From Gemmatimonadales bacterium (lineage in GTDB: Bacteria > Gemmatimonadota > Gemmatimonadetes > Gemmatimonadales > GWC2-71-9): DNA of 64,000 nt. Where the stretch lies: positions 194,679 to 258,678 of the forward strand of contig DATLKF010000010.1 in assembly GCA_035538515.1 (NCBI GenBank), in the 5' to 3' direction. The notes under the pieces were generated by a model that searched no databases, was not told the DNA's origin, and saw only the letters and a program-made list of their open reading frames with translations. Shown one piece after another: positions 55,754 to 64,000 of this stretch (its first letter is position 1; each line of letters opens with the position of its first letter). The translations under genes were made by a program, and so were the position numbers.

Positions 55754-56008
55754 GTGAGTCTTCTGAATTGGTTCGAGAACAAGTTCGCCGGTGAGCTGAT
55801 CGCCGACTATGGCCCACTCTCCACCGATGCTCAAGGGTTGCTTGCTTCCGCGAGCTTGCGTCAGAAGCCGGACGGGACGCGCTACCTCGTGTTCAAGTGG
55901 GAAGGGAAGAGCACGTTGCGCTGGGTCGATTTCCAAGTCACCCCCGCCTTGCTGGACCGCTTGAGTGCGATCGTCCAGGATGCACGAGCCCGCTTGGGCG
56001 CGGCCTAA
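55754..56008 (+). CDS. Small (84 aa) hypothetical protein
   Basis: GTG start preceded by GAGGAGGAG. Balanced, non-shadow amino-acid composition. No recognisable domain. Confidence 0.45.
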   Translation: MSLLNWFENKFAGELIADYGPLSTDAQGLLASASLRQKPDGTRYLVFKWEGKSTLRWVDFQVTPALLDRLSAIVQDARARLGAA

Positions 56009-56089
56009 GCACTGTTGTCGTCATGGCGTGATTCTACGACAGTTCCCGCGAGTCGCCAGCTTGCAGAACGCGCTGCAAATTTCCCCCCC

Positions 56090-56830
56090 ATGCACAAACT
56101 CCTCGTTCCCCTCGCTCTCGTGGTCTCGGCCATCTCGAGCCCAGCACCCGCGCAGCAGCCGCGGGTGCTCATCTTCTCCAAGACCGCGAAATTCCGTCAC
56201 AGCTCCATCCCCAACGGCATCGCGGCCATCCGTAAGCTCGGCCAAGAGAACGGCTTCGCGGTCGACGCGACAGAGGATGCCGGCGCCTTCACCCATGATA
56301 ACCTCTCGCGTTACAGCGCCGTCGTTTTCCTGAATACGACCGGTGACGTTCTGGAGCCGGCACAGCAGGACGCCTTCGAGCGCTACATCCGGGCGGGGGG
56401 TGGATACGTCGGCGTGCACTCCGCGACCGATACCGAGTACGACTGGCCGTGGTACGGCAGACTGGCCGGCGCGTACTTCAACGGCCATCCCGGCAATCCC
56501 AACGTCCAGAAGGGCAGCTACCGCGTGCTCGACACGACCCACGTGTCGACGAAGGGGCTTCCCGCGCGCTTCGAGCGCGAAGACGAGTTCTACAACTTCA
56601 AGTCGATCGATCCGAGCATCCACGTGCTCGTCGAGATCGACGAGACGAGCTACCACGGAGGAACGAACGGCGCGCACCACCCCATGAGCTGGTACCACGA
56701 TTTCGACGGCGGGCGCGCGTGGTACACCAACATGGGGCATACCGAAGCGTCGTTCACCGAGCCGCTCTTCCTCCAGCACCTGCTCGGCGGGCTGCGCTAC
56801 GCGATCGGCACGGCAAGCCTCAGCCCTTGA
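56090..56830 (+). CDS. ThuA domain-containing protein (secreted)
   Basis: Signal peptide. VLIFSKTAKFRHSSIP, GGGYVGVHSATDT and HPMSWYHDFDGGRAWYTNMGH. Confidence 0.82.
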   Translation: MHKLLVPLALVVSAISSPAPAQQPRVLIFSKTAKFRHSSIPNGIAAIRKLGQENGFAVDATEDAGAFTHDNLSRYSAVVFLNTTGDVLEPAQQDAFERYIRAGGGYVGVHSATDTEYDWPWYGRLAGAYFNGHPGNPNVQKGSYRVLDTTHVSTKGLPARFEREDEFYNFKSIDPSIHVLVEIDETSYHGGTNGAHHPMSWYHDFDGGRAWYTNMGHTEASFTEPLFLQHLLGGLRYAIGTASLSP

Positions 56831-58148
56831 TGGTCTTGCTCGCCGCGTCCCAGGTCACCGCGCTGCGCCGGAAGTAGGACTCGTTCGCCATGTGGCAGGC
56901 CAACGCCGCATGGTGGCCGAACACCACGTCCTCCACCACCGGCTTCCGGGTCCGCACGGCCTCGAAGAAATTCCACAGATGCACCCGGGTACCATCGAAG
57001 TGGGGCGCGGTGAAAGTGATGGTCTCGGCGAACGGCAGGCGCTCGCCTAGTTTTGGGTCGTTCTCCCGGTGCCATTGCTCCTCGTAGGCTTGCCGCAGCG
57101 CGCTCGGATAGCTGTTGGTGTAGTAACTCGGCTCCGTATCGCGGCCGCTCTGCGGGGTTACGGTGAGCTGCGATCCCGCCAGCTCGAGAATCCCCTTGGC
57201 TCCGTGGAAGCGATACGTCTCAGGCAGCTCGGTGCCGAGATTGAGCCGCATCGAGACGGGCAAGTCTCCGTAGTAGAAGTTCGTCAGGTGGACATCGGGC
57301 ATGTTGCGCCCGTCCTTCCAGCGGCGAATGCCGCCGACGGCCATGGCCTGCCGGGGCGGCTCGTTGATGCTCAACATGAACAGCAGGCCGCTGATGAGGT
57401 GGACGAGCAGGTCACCCGCCACCCCGGTGCCGTACTCCTTCCAGCAGCGCCAGCGTGCGAAGATGTTGGGGTCGAAGGCGCGTTTGGACACATCGCCTTG
57501 CCACGTGTCCCAGTCGAGCGTGCGCGGCGAGAGATCGGTGGGCGGAGGATACTCCCACGCGCCCGTGGGATCATTGCGGCCGAGCGAGCCCTCGACCATC
57601 ATCAGGTCGCCGATCGCTCCCTGGGCGATCAGCTCCCGGGCCTTGGCGCAGATCTGCGAGCTGACCCGCTGCGAGCCGATCTGAACGATGCGGTTCGTCT
57701 GTTTCACCGCGTCGACCATCGCGACGCCGTCCGCGGCCGAATGCGACATCGGCTTCTCGCAGTAGATGTCTTTCCCCGCACTCACGGCATCCACGACCAT
57801 GCGCCGGTGCCAGTGATCGGGCACCGCGGCGACGATGCAGTCGATCGTCTTATCGTCGAGCAGCTGTTGATAGCGGCGCGTGACGGGCAGGCTGGCCCCC
57901 GCGATCTCCCGGGCCAACGTGTGGCGCCCATCGTAGAGGTCGGCGGCGCCCGCACACACGACGCCGGGCAGCTTGATCGACTCGCCCAAGAGGCCGGAGC
58001 CCTGCATCCCCACGCCCACCATGCCGAAGCGCACAGTGTCGCTCGGCGGAATACGGCGGCCGCGCAACGGCTTGGTGGCGAGGGACGCGCCCGCGGCGGC
58101 GGCGCTGAGCTCCAGGAATTCACGGCGGGACCAGGTCGGCGTATTCAT
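56820..58148 (-). CDS. Gfo/Idh/MocA family oxidoreductase with twin-arginine signal
   Basis: Tat motif SRREFLELSAAAAGA. Rossmann motif RFGMVGVGMQG. EKP motif (IYCEKPMS). Confidence 0.88.
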   Translation of the reverse strand: MNTPTWSRREFLELSAAAAGASLATKPLRGRRIPPSDTVRFGMVGVGMQGSGLLGESIKLPGVVCAGAADLYDGRHTLAREIAGASLPVTRRYQQLLDDKTIDCIVAAVPDHWHRRMVVDAVSAGKDIYCEKPMSHSAADGVAMVDAVKQTNRIVQIGSQRVSSQICAKARELIAQGAIGDLMMVEGSLGRNDPTGAWEYPPPTDLSPRTLDWDTWQGDVSKRAFDPNIFARWRCWKEYGTGVAGDLLVHLISGLLFMLSINEPPRQAMAVGGIRRWKDGRNMPDVHLTNFYYGDLPVSMRLNLGTELPETYRFHGAKGILELAGSQLTVTPQSGRDTEPSYYTNSYPSALRQAYEEQWHRENDPKLGERLPFAETITFTAPHFDGTRVHLWNFFEAVRTRKPVVEDVVFGHHAALACHMANESYFRRSAVTWDAASKTIKG

Positions 58149-58305
58149 GGCGACTCCCCCTCTCGGTCGCGTGGGGATTGAAGAGTCTCAGGCGTCTCGT
58201 TGTCGAGCAGGACGTCAATGTGCAGGAAGATCACGACGCTCGCCAACCGGTCGTTACCCTTGTTACTGTTCCGTCTCGAGCCACACTCCAGAGGGAGAAG
58301 CATAC

Positions 58306-59013
58306 ATGCGTCGCCAAACCGCGTTTGCGCTCGCCGCCGTCTCAGTTGTCGGCGGTCTTACGGTACCCCGTGCAGGTTCGGCGCAAGATGTCCCGCGGCC
58401 CGTCGCCGGCGGCGGCATTTTTGTCCCCGGGTGGAAAGGAAAGATCGACGGTCAGGAGGAGCGGCGCGGAGCTGCGCTCGCCGGGTCCAAGCTCGTCAAG
58501 GAGGGCGACGCCCTGCACGTGACCACGGGTCCCGCCGTCGTCTACTGGAATCCCGCGAACGTGGCCAGCGGCGACTACACGGTGAAGGCGACGTTTCGGG
58601 AGCCGAAGTACATGAACCTGAACGACCACCCGCATCCCTACGGGATCGTCATCGCTGGCAACGACCTCGGCACGGACCAACAGAGCCTGCTCTACTGCGC
58701 GACGTACGGAAACGGGTACGTGATCGTTCGGGGCTTTGGCCCCCAACCGTTTCAGTTGAACGGACGCAGGGGCGAGCGCAACGCGGCTGTGCACACGGCG
58801 GCCGGACCGGGGCAGCCCGTCGAGCAGGAGATCGCGGTCTCGGTCAAGGGAGACAAGATCACCTGCGCTGTGAACGGCACGGTCATCGGGAGCTACGATA
58901 AGGCGGCCGTGGTGACGGCGGGAAAGCTCAAATCGACCGACGGCATCTACGGCATTCGGTTCGCGCACAACACGGAAGGGCTGATCACGGGACTCACGCT
59001 GACCAAGCCGTAG
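58306..59013 (+). CDS. Secreted LamG/concanavalin-like (DUF1080-type) protein
   Basis: Signal peptide. Jelly-roll-like strand pattern (DYTVKATFRE...YGIVIAGND...IAVSVKGDKITCAVNG). ATG 58306 follows GAGGGAGAAG. Confidence 0.45.
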   Translation: MRRQTAFALAAVSVVGGLTVPRAGSAQDVPRPVAGGGIFVPGWKGKIDGQEERRGAALAGSKLVKEGDALHVTTGPAVVYWNPANVASGDYTVKATFREPKYMNLNDHPHPYGIVIAGNDLGTDQQSLLYCATYGNGYVIVRGFGPQPFQLNGRRGERNAAVHTAAGPGQPVEQEIAVSVKGDKITCAVNGTVIGSYDKAAVVTAGKLKSTDGIYGIRFAHNTEGLITGLTLTKP

Positions 59014-59090
59014 CGAGGCGCGCGTGAAGAAAGGCATCGCCGGGTCCCAGGCCCGCCGCCAGGACGACGAGGGTGGGCACCGTGGTGCCG

Positions 59091-60326
59091 CTAGGGCTCA
59101 AGGTCCAGCACGCTCGCACCCGCTGCCGGCTCAGCGGTGAAGAGGTGCTGTCCGATGTCGCTGGCAGCTCCGCGTGGCGCGTAGAAGCGCTCGCGCAGTG
59201 CGGCCAGGACGTCCGGGGCTCGCTCGGCGCGAGCGAGCACCACGACGCAGCCGCCGAAACCGGCGCCCGTGAGACGGGCTCCGGCCGCGCCTGCCTCGCG
59301 CGCCAACTCCACCAGCCGATCCAGCTCGGGGTGGCTCACCTCGTAGTCGTCCCGCAGGCTGCGATGCGACGCGTCGAGCAGCTGCCCGAAGGTCGTCATG
59401 TCACCCGCGGCCCGGGTCATCGCGGTCTCGGCTTGGTGCACGCGTGTCGCCTCGGTGACCACATGGCGGAACCGTCGTAACAGCGCGCCGGACAGGACCC
59501 CAGCAGCGACATCAAGCAGCTGCTCCACTGACGCAGTGGCGAGCAGGGCCGGGTAGGTCGTGTCCGGCGGCCGGCCGAGCCGCGCGGCCACGAGACGCCG
59601 CGCGGCGTCGCATGCCCTCGTGCGATCGTTGTACGCCTGACGCGCGCCGGCGGACTTCTCGGCCTGGACCATGCTCGACGCCACGAGGAACCGCCACTCC
59701 GCGGGCACGGCCGCCGCGGTGAGCCGCAGCGGGTTGAAGTCGATGCGGGATGCGCATCCGGCCTGCGCCCCAAGGATGATGGCTTGGTCCATCCCCCCCC
59801 CCGCGGTGCCGACATAGCGCTCGCCGCGCGCCAACAGCTCCATCAGCTCGAGCGGCGCCAGCGTCACCTGGTTGGCGAACAGGAGCGCGAGGGCCGTGGC
59901 CACGACGAGCGCGGAGGACGAGCTGAGCCCCGCGGCAACCGGGAGATCGCTCTCGACGAGGGCGTTGACGCCCCGGAGATTCGGGAACCGGTGGGCCACG
60001 GCCTGGGCCGCCGCGCGCGCGTAGTTGCCCCAATCCCCGGCCGAGGCGGGCGGGATGCTCTCGCCGACAGTGAACGTGACCGGCGCGAAGCGAGGGTCGC
60101 GGTTGACGAGCCGCGACTCCCGATCCGGGCGCGATTGAAATGCGATTCGGATCCCCTGCCGCAGGGCCATAGGGAACACCGACAGGCTGCAGTAATCGAT
60201 GTGCTCGCCGATGAGGTTCACCCGCCCGGGTGCCTGGACCGCGTGAACGGGGCTGGGGTCGGATGCACCGAACACGTTTCGGAACGCCGCATCCAGAGCA
60301 GTCGCCCGTGTGGACGTATAGGTCAC
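59091..60326 (-). CDS. galK: Galactokinase (GHMP kinase)
   Basis: APGRVNLIGEHIDY signature, GHMP motif LPVAAGLSSSSALVVA, and GGGMDQ. The start is uncertain (GTG 60326 chosen; the ORF opens at 60494). Confidence 0.85.
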   Translation of the reverse strand: MTYTSTRATALDAAFRNVFGASDPSPVHAVQAPGRVNLIGEHIDYCSLSVFPMALRQGIRIAFQSRPDRESRLVNRDPRFAPVTFTVGESIPPASAGDWGNYARAAAQAVAHRFPNLRGVNALVESDLPVAAGLSSSSALVVATALALLFANQVTLAPLELMELLARGERYVGTAGGGMDQAIILGAQAGCASRIDFNPLRLTAAAVPAEWRFLVASSMVQAEKSAGARQAYNDRTRACDAARRLVAARLGRPPDTTYPALLATASVEQLLDVAAGVLSGALLRRFRHVVTEATRVHQAETAMTRAAGDMTTFGQLLDASHRSLRDDYEVSHPELDRLVELAREAGAAGARLTGAGFGGCVVVLARAERAPDVLAALRERFYAPRGAASDIGQHLFTAEPAAGASVLDLEP

Positions 60327-60533
60327 TATCGCCAGGGTCGTTTCACGGTGTACACGGGGATCTCGGTAATTCCTTCCCTCTCGATCCCCACCAATTGGCG
60401 CCAGAATGCCCCAGCTGCTCCTAATAGTCCGACGAGACGGTACGAGCGGCGGGTGCAGGAACCGTCGGTGGCGTCGCCACCTGTTGTCGTCCACTGGATG
60501 GGTCGGGAGCCCGCGCAGCTCACGCCGTTTCGC

Positions 60534-61577
60534 TCACGCCGTAAGCTGTCGGGTGGATGCGCGGACCACCAGCTCGGCGTCCAGCGAGACCTTCTCCGGC
60601 TCTGCGGTGGCTGGAGTTCGGGACTCGATCTGTCTAATCAGGATCTCCGCCGCCCGCTTGCCCATCTCGTACTTGGGCACTCGCACGGTCGTGAGCGGCA
60701 AGGGGAAATAGTCCAGGAGGTCCAGGCCATCGAAGCCGATCACGGAGACCTCCTCCGGAACGCCAATCCCGAGTTCTCTGAGCGCCCGCAGCAGGCCTAG
60801 TGCCACGAGGTCGTTATAACATGTGACCGCCGTCGGACGGTGCGCTCTCCGGCTCCCGAAGTACTCCAGCCCCACGCGGTGGCCGTCTTCCGCCGACGCG
60901 CCCGTGGGAACGATCATCGCCTCGTCGAAGCGCAGGTGTGACTCGCTGAAGGCGCGGCGCACGCCATCGGTCCGCTCCTGACTGTGCTCGGAGTACGGGG
61001 GGCCGGCGAAATGCACAATCAGCGAATGTCCCCCGTCGATCAGGAATTTTGCCGCCTGGCACGATGCCTTGACGTTGTCTACGTCCACCAGGTTGGCCCG
61101 GATGCCCCGCACTTCCTCCAGCAGCACGAACGGTGCGCCGTGGCGTTTTAACTCGAAGAGGTGTGCGAGGTCCACGTCGTCGCTCAAAATCGGGGTGATG
61201 ATCAACCCGTCCACGTCCCGCTCCATGCTCTGCTCCACGATGCGACGCTCCACTTCGTAACTCCCCTCGGAGCTGCTCACCGCCGTCAGATACCCCTGGT
61301 CGCTCGTGACCTCCTGTACGCCGAGCAGAATCTCGGCGTAATACGGGTTGGCGGCCTCCTTCACGATGAACGTCACGCTCTTGCCCGACGCGGGCCGGAA
61401 CCCGCGGCGCGCGGATGGGCTGGGCCGGTAATTCAGCTCCTCGATGACGCGAACCACCGCGCGCCGCGTGCTCTCTCGGATCTTCTTGTGGTTGAGCACG
61501 GCCGACACCGTGGACTTGGAGACGCCCGCGAGCGCGGCCACATCGGAGATCGTCGGGTTCTTCGCCGGTTTGCCCAA
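60534..61577 (-). CDS. LacI family transcriptional regulator
   Basis: N-terminal HTH TISDVAALAGVSKSTVSAVLN plus a periplasmic-binding-protein-like core. TTG start. Confidence 0.9.
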   Translation of the reverse strand: MGKPAKNPTISDVAALAGVSKSTVSAVLNHKKIRESTRRAVVRVIEELNYRPSPSARRGFRPASGKSVTFIVKEAANPYYAEILLGVQEVTSDQGYLTAVSSSEGSYEVERRIVEQSMERDVDGLIITPILSDDVDLAHLFELKRHGAPFVLLEEVRGIRANLVDVDNVKASCQAAKFLIDGGHSLIVHFAGPPYSEHSQERTDGVRRAFSESHLRFDEAMIVPTGASAEDGHRVGLEYFGSRRAHRPTAVTCYNDLVALGLLRALRELGIGVPEEVSVIGFDGLDLLDYFPLPLTTVRVPKYEMGKRAAEILIRQIESRTPATAEPEKVSLDAELVVRASTRQLTA

Positions 61578-61864
61578 GGGCCAACCCCGTGGAGCTGAAC
61601 CGTTCCAAGCTACTTTCGTGGTTTCGTGGCGACAAGAAGGCCATATGCCCTACGGACGGAGTAGCGCATCCCGCACCACGCCTCCGGCCGGCGATCGGGG
61701 TCTTGCGCATGGGCCAATCAGGGGATATATGCCCTGGAAGTTCCGAACCTTTTGGAGAGATCAAGACCGGTCCAGGTCAGCCATTGAGCGGGATGCCGCT
61801 GCTGCGTCGCCGGCTCGGGAACGGCCAGGCGAGGTGGTTCTTCGAACAGCTCGAGGAGACGTGT

Positions 61865-64000
61865 ATGAGACGACTCCAGTTCATCATCGCCGCGTTGCTG
61901 GCGCAGGGGTGGACGGCGCCGGTCTCCGCCCAAGCGCCGCCCGGCACAGTCCGCGGACGGGTGAGCGACGCCGCGACACGACAACCTCTCGCGGGCGTCA
62001 CCCTCTCCATCGGCAGCCGCGGCGCTCTGACGCAGGCCGATGGGCGCTATGTCATAACAGGCGTGCCCATCGGGACCGACACATTGCGGGCCAGGCTGAT
62101 CGGGTATGCGCGCGCGGCGCAGGCGGTCGCGGTGGCTGGAGGCGATACCATCGCCGTCGATCTCGCCCTCACCGGACAGGCGGTGAACCTGTCGGAAGTC
62201 GTCGTGACGGGCTACGGCACGCAGCAGGCGGGTAATATCACCGGAGCCGTGAAGCAGGTCACGGCGACCGAGTTCAATACCGGCCGGATCATCACCCCCC
62301 AGGCGCTCATCCAGGGTAAGGTGGCGGGCGTGCAGGTCGTCGACAACAACGAACCGGGCGGCGGCCTCTCGATCAGGATTCGCGGCGCAACCTCGGTCAA
62401 CGCGAGCAGCGACCCGCTCTACGTCGTCGACGGGATGCCGGTGACCAGCGTTCTCTCGGCGGGCCGCGATCCCCTCAACGTTCTCAATCCGGCGGACATC
62501 GAGAGCATTACGGTGTTAAAGGACGCCTCGGCCGCGGCGATCTACGGCGCGAACGCTGCCAACGGCGTCGTACTGATCACCACCAGAAAGTCCAGGCAAC
62601 ACGGGCCGGAGATCGAATACACCACCAGCATGTCCTCCTCGTCGGTTACGCGGGTCCCTTCGGTCCTCGACGCGAGTCAGTTCCGCGCGGCGGTGGCAGC
62701 GCAGGCGCCGGCGCGGAGCGCCAGCCTGGGCAACGCGAACACCAACTGGTTCGACTTGATCGACCGCAGCGCCTTCGGACAACAGCACGACGTGGTCGTC
62801 TCGGGCGTGGGGCAAAGCAGCAACTACCGGTTCTCGGTCGGCTACCTCAACCAGGACGGGATCATCCGGACCAGCTCGACGGAGCGGCTGTCTCTCGGCG
62901 TGACGTACGAACAACTCCTCCTGAACGACAACCTGGACATCAAGACGAACGTGCGTGGCGCCCGCACGTCCGATGACTTCCAGGCCCGCGACGTGCTCGG
63001 CAACGCGGTGGCAATGGCGCCCACGCAACCGGTGTATGACCCGACCAACGCGACCGGCTACTGGGACTGGCCGACCACCGGTGCCTCGGCGAGCAACCCG
63101 GTGGCGAGTCTGAACCGGTCCGTGAGCCAGGGCTCTACCTGGCGCAGCATCGGCAACCTGCAAGGCGCCTACCACCTGCCGTTCCTGCGCAGTCTCACGG
63201 CCAACCTCAACCTTGGGTACGATCTCACTCAGGCCAACAACCAAACGTTCATCCCGAACGATTTGGCCGCCCAGATCCGCCAGGGCCAGGGCTTCTTGAG
63301 TCTGTCGAACCGCAACCAGTCGAGTCTGGTGAGCGAGTGGTACCTGAACTATTCCGCCCCGATCACTGCGGTGCCCGGCAATATCGATCTGACGGCTGGC
63401 TACTCGTATACCCGCTCGCACTCCGAGAGCCCCTATTTCCAGGAGACCGGCCTTCCGACCAACCTGCTCGGCATCAATGGCGTTGTGGTGGACTCGACCT
63501 CGGTCGTCCAGAACAGCAATTACGTCGTGGATTACAAGCTGATCTCTTTCTTCGGGCGCTTCAACTACAACCTCAACGACCGCTACCTCCTGGCGGGGAG
63601 CCTGCGCCGCGACGGGTCGTCGCGCTTCGGGCCAGGCCATGAATGGGGCACTTTCCCCTCGGTGTCCGTGGCGTGGAGGATCTCGCAGGAGCCATTCCTG
63701 AGGAACATCACGGCGCTTGCGGACCTCAAGATCCGGGCGTCATGGGCGAGGACCGGCAACCAGGCGTTCGGCGACTACTTGCAATACCCGACCTACACTT
63801 TCAGCAACGCCCAGGCGCAGTATTACTTCGGCGGCCAATTCGTCCCGACGATCCGGCCCGGAGCGGTAGACCCGAACATTCATTGGGAAAGCACCAAGTC
63901 ATACAACGTCGGTATGGACTACGCGCTCTTCGGTCAGCGGATCAGCGGTGCCATCGACTGGTACACCAAGAACACGAGTGACTTGATCTTCACCGTGCCG
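61865..64000 (+). CDS. SusC/RagA TonB-dependent receptor, 3' end cut by window edge
   Basis: Not in the ORF track because no stop is reached. My own translation from ATG 61865 (after GAGGAG) gives MRRLQFIIAALLAQGWTAPVSAQ, a CarboxypepD_reg domain (GTVRGRVSDAATRQPLAGV), a plug (LSIRIRGATS..PLYVVDGMPV..ITVLKDASAAAIYG) and barrel strands to ...DWYTKNTSDLIFTVP. Confidence 0.85.
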   Translation, partial: MRRLQFIIAALLAQGWTAPVSAQAPPGTVRGRVSDAATRQPLAGVTLSIGSRGALTQADGRYVITGVPIGTDTLRARLIGYARAAQAVAVAGGDTIAVDLALTGQAVNLSEVVVTGYGTQQAGNITGAVKQVTATEFNTGRIITPQALIQGKVAGVQVVDNNEPGGGLSIRIRGATSVNASSDPLYVVDGMPVTSVLSAGRDPLNVLNPADIESITVLKDASAAAIYGANAANGVVLITTRKSRQHGPEIEYTTSMSSSSVTRVPSVLDASQFRAAVAAQAPARSASLGNANTNWFDLIDRSAFGQQHDVVVSGVGQSSNYRFSVGYLNQDGIIRTSSTERLSLGVTYEQLLLNDNLDIKTNVRGARTSDDFQARDVLGNAVAMAPTQPVYDPTNATGYWDWPTTGASASNPVASLNRSVSQGSTWRSIGNLQGAYHLPFLRSLTANLNLGYDLTQANNQTFIPNDLAAQIRQGQGFLSLSNRNQSSLVSEWYLNYSAPITAVPGNIDLTAGYSYTRSHSESPYFQETGLPTNLLGINGVVVDSTSVVQNSNYVVDYKLISFFGRFNYNLNDRYLLAGSLRRDGSSRFGPGHEWGTFPSVSVAWRISQEPFLRNITALADLKIRASWARTGNQAFGDYLQYPTYTFSNAQAQYYFGGQFVPTIRPGAVDPNIHWESTKSYNVGMDYALFGQRISGAIDWYTKNTSDLIFTVP

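Noticed and set aside
61597-61605. GAACCGTTC palindrome just upstream of the LacI start, as a LacI-family operator for the divergent SusC gene.
   Set aside because: Only 9 nt, and the flanks do not extend the symmetry to the usual 14-20 bp TGnnAnCGnTnnCA-type operator. Too weak to call.

Overview
High-GC (roughly two-thirds or more G+C by eye) bacterial chromosomal segment with about 55 protein genes. I found no rRNA, tRNA, CRISPR array, transposase or integrase. All function calls rest on motifs read from the supplied translations; I ran no searches. Gene content (RD-type Ser/Thr kinases with TolB-like propellers, SusC/SusD pairs, many CarboxypepD_reg-like lipoproteins) suggests a Gemmatimonadota-like organism, but this is inference only. 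Gene order: nagB (5' truncated) | TauE/SafE (-) | 515-bp divergent leader region | cysC-cysH-sat-cysI-cysG sulfate assimilation operon | BNR propeller | glpF (frameshifted)-glpK | DUF4397-SusD-SusC locus (-; SusC frameshifted) | Ser/Thr kinase-propeller | CBM9/DUF5916 outer-membrane protein-GT-B glycosyltransferase-kinase-like 1-ABC exporter-kinase-like 2-3-4 | CarboxypepD_reg protein-ABC-2 ATPase-permease | REC-PAS-GGDEF-EAL | creatininase, DmpA peptidase (-) | GH30, LVIVD propeller | minus-strand array HK-RR-lipoprotein-small protein-CHRD-cupredoxin-STK/BRCT | ClC-patatin | about 209-bp palindrome | DoxX, GH9 (-) | duplicated membrane protein | YciI (-) | AKR, DHFR-like | cysteine-synthase remnant between 26-bp direct repeats | MFS (-) | small ORF, ThuA | Gfo/Idh/MocA (-) | LamG-like protein | galK, LacI (-) | SusC (3' truncated). 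The best candidate for an undescribed system is the tightly coupled block at 22016-29590: a glycosyltransferase, four divergent APH/PKL-fold kinase paralogs with a non-canonical catalytic loop, and an ABCB-type exporter, with a CBM9/DUF5916 outer-membrane protein 5 nt upstream. Other items worth a second look are a Ser/Thr kinase-BRCT fusion closing a TCS-CHRD-cupredoxin array, a long palindrome that embeds two stop codons and shares a 37-nt repeat with a distant locus, a gene remnant flanked by perfect direct repeats, two single-base frameshifts, and terminator-like leaders on both sides of the sulfur-gene divergon.
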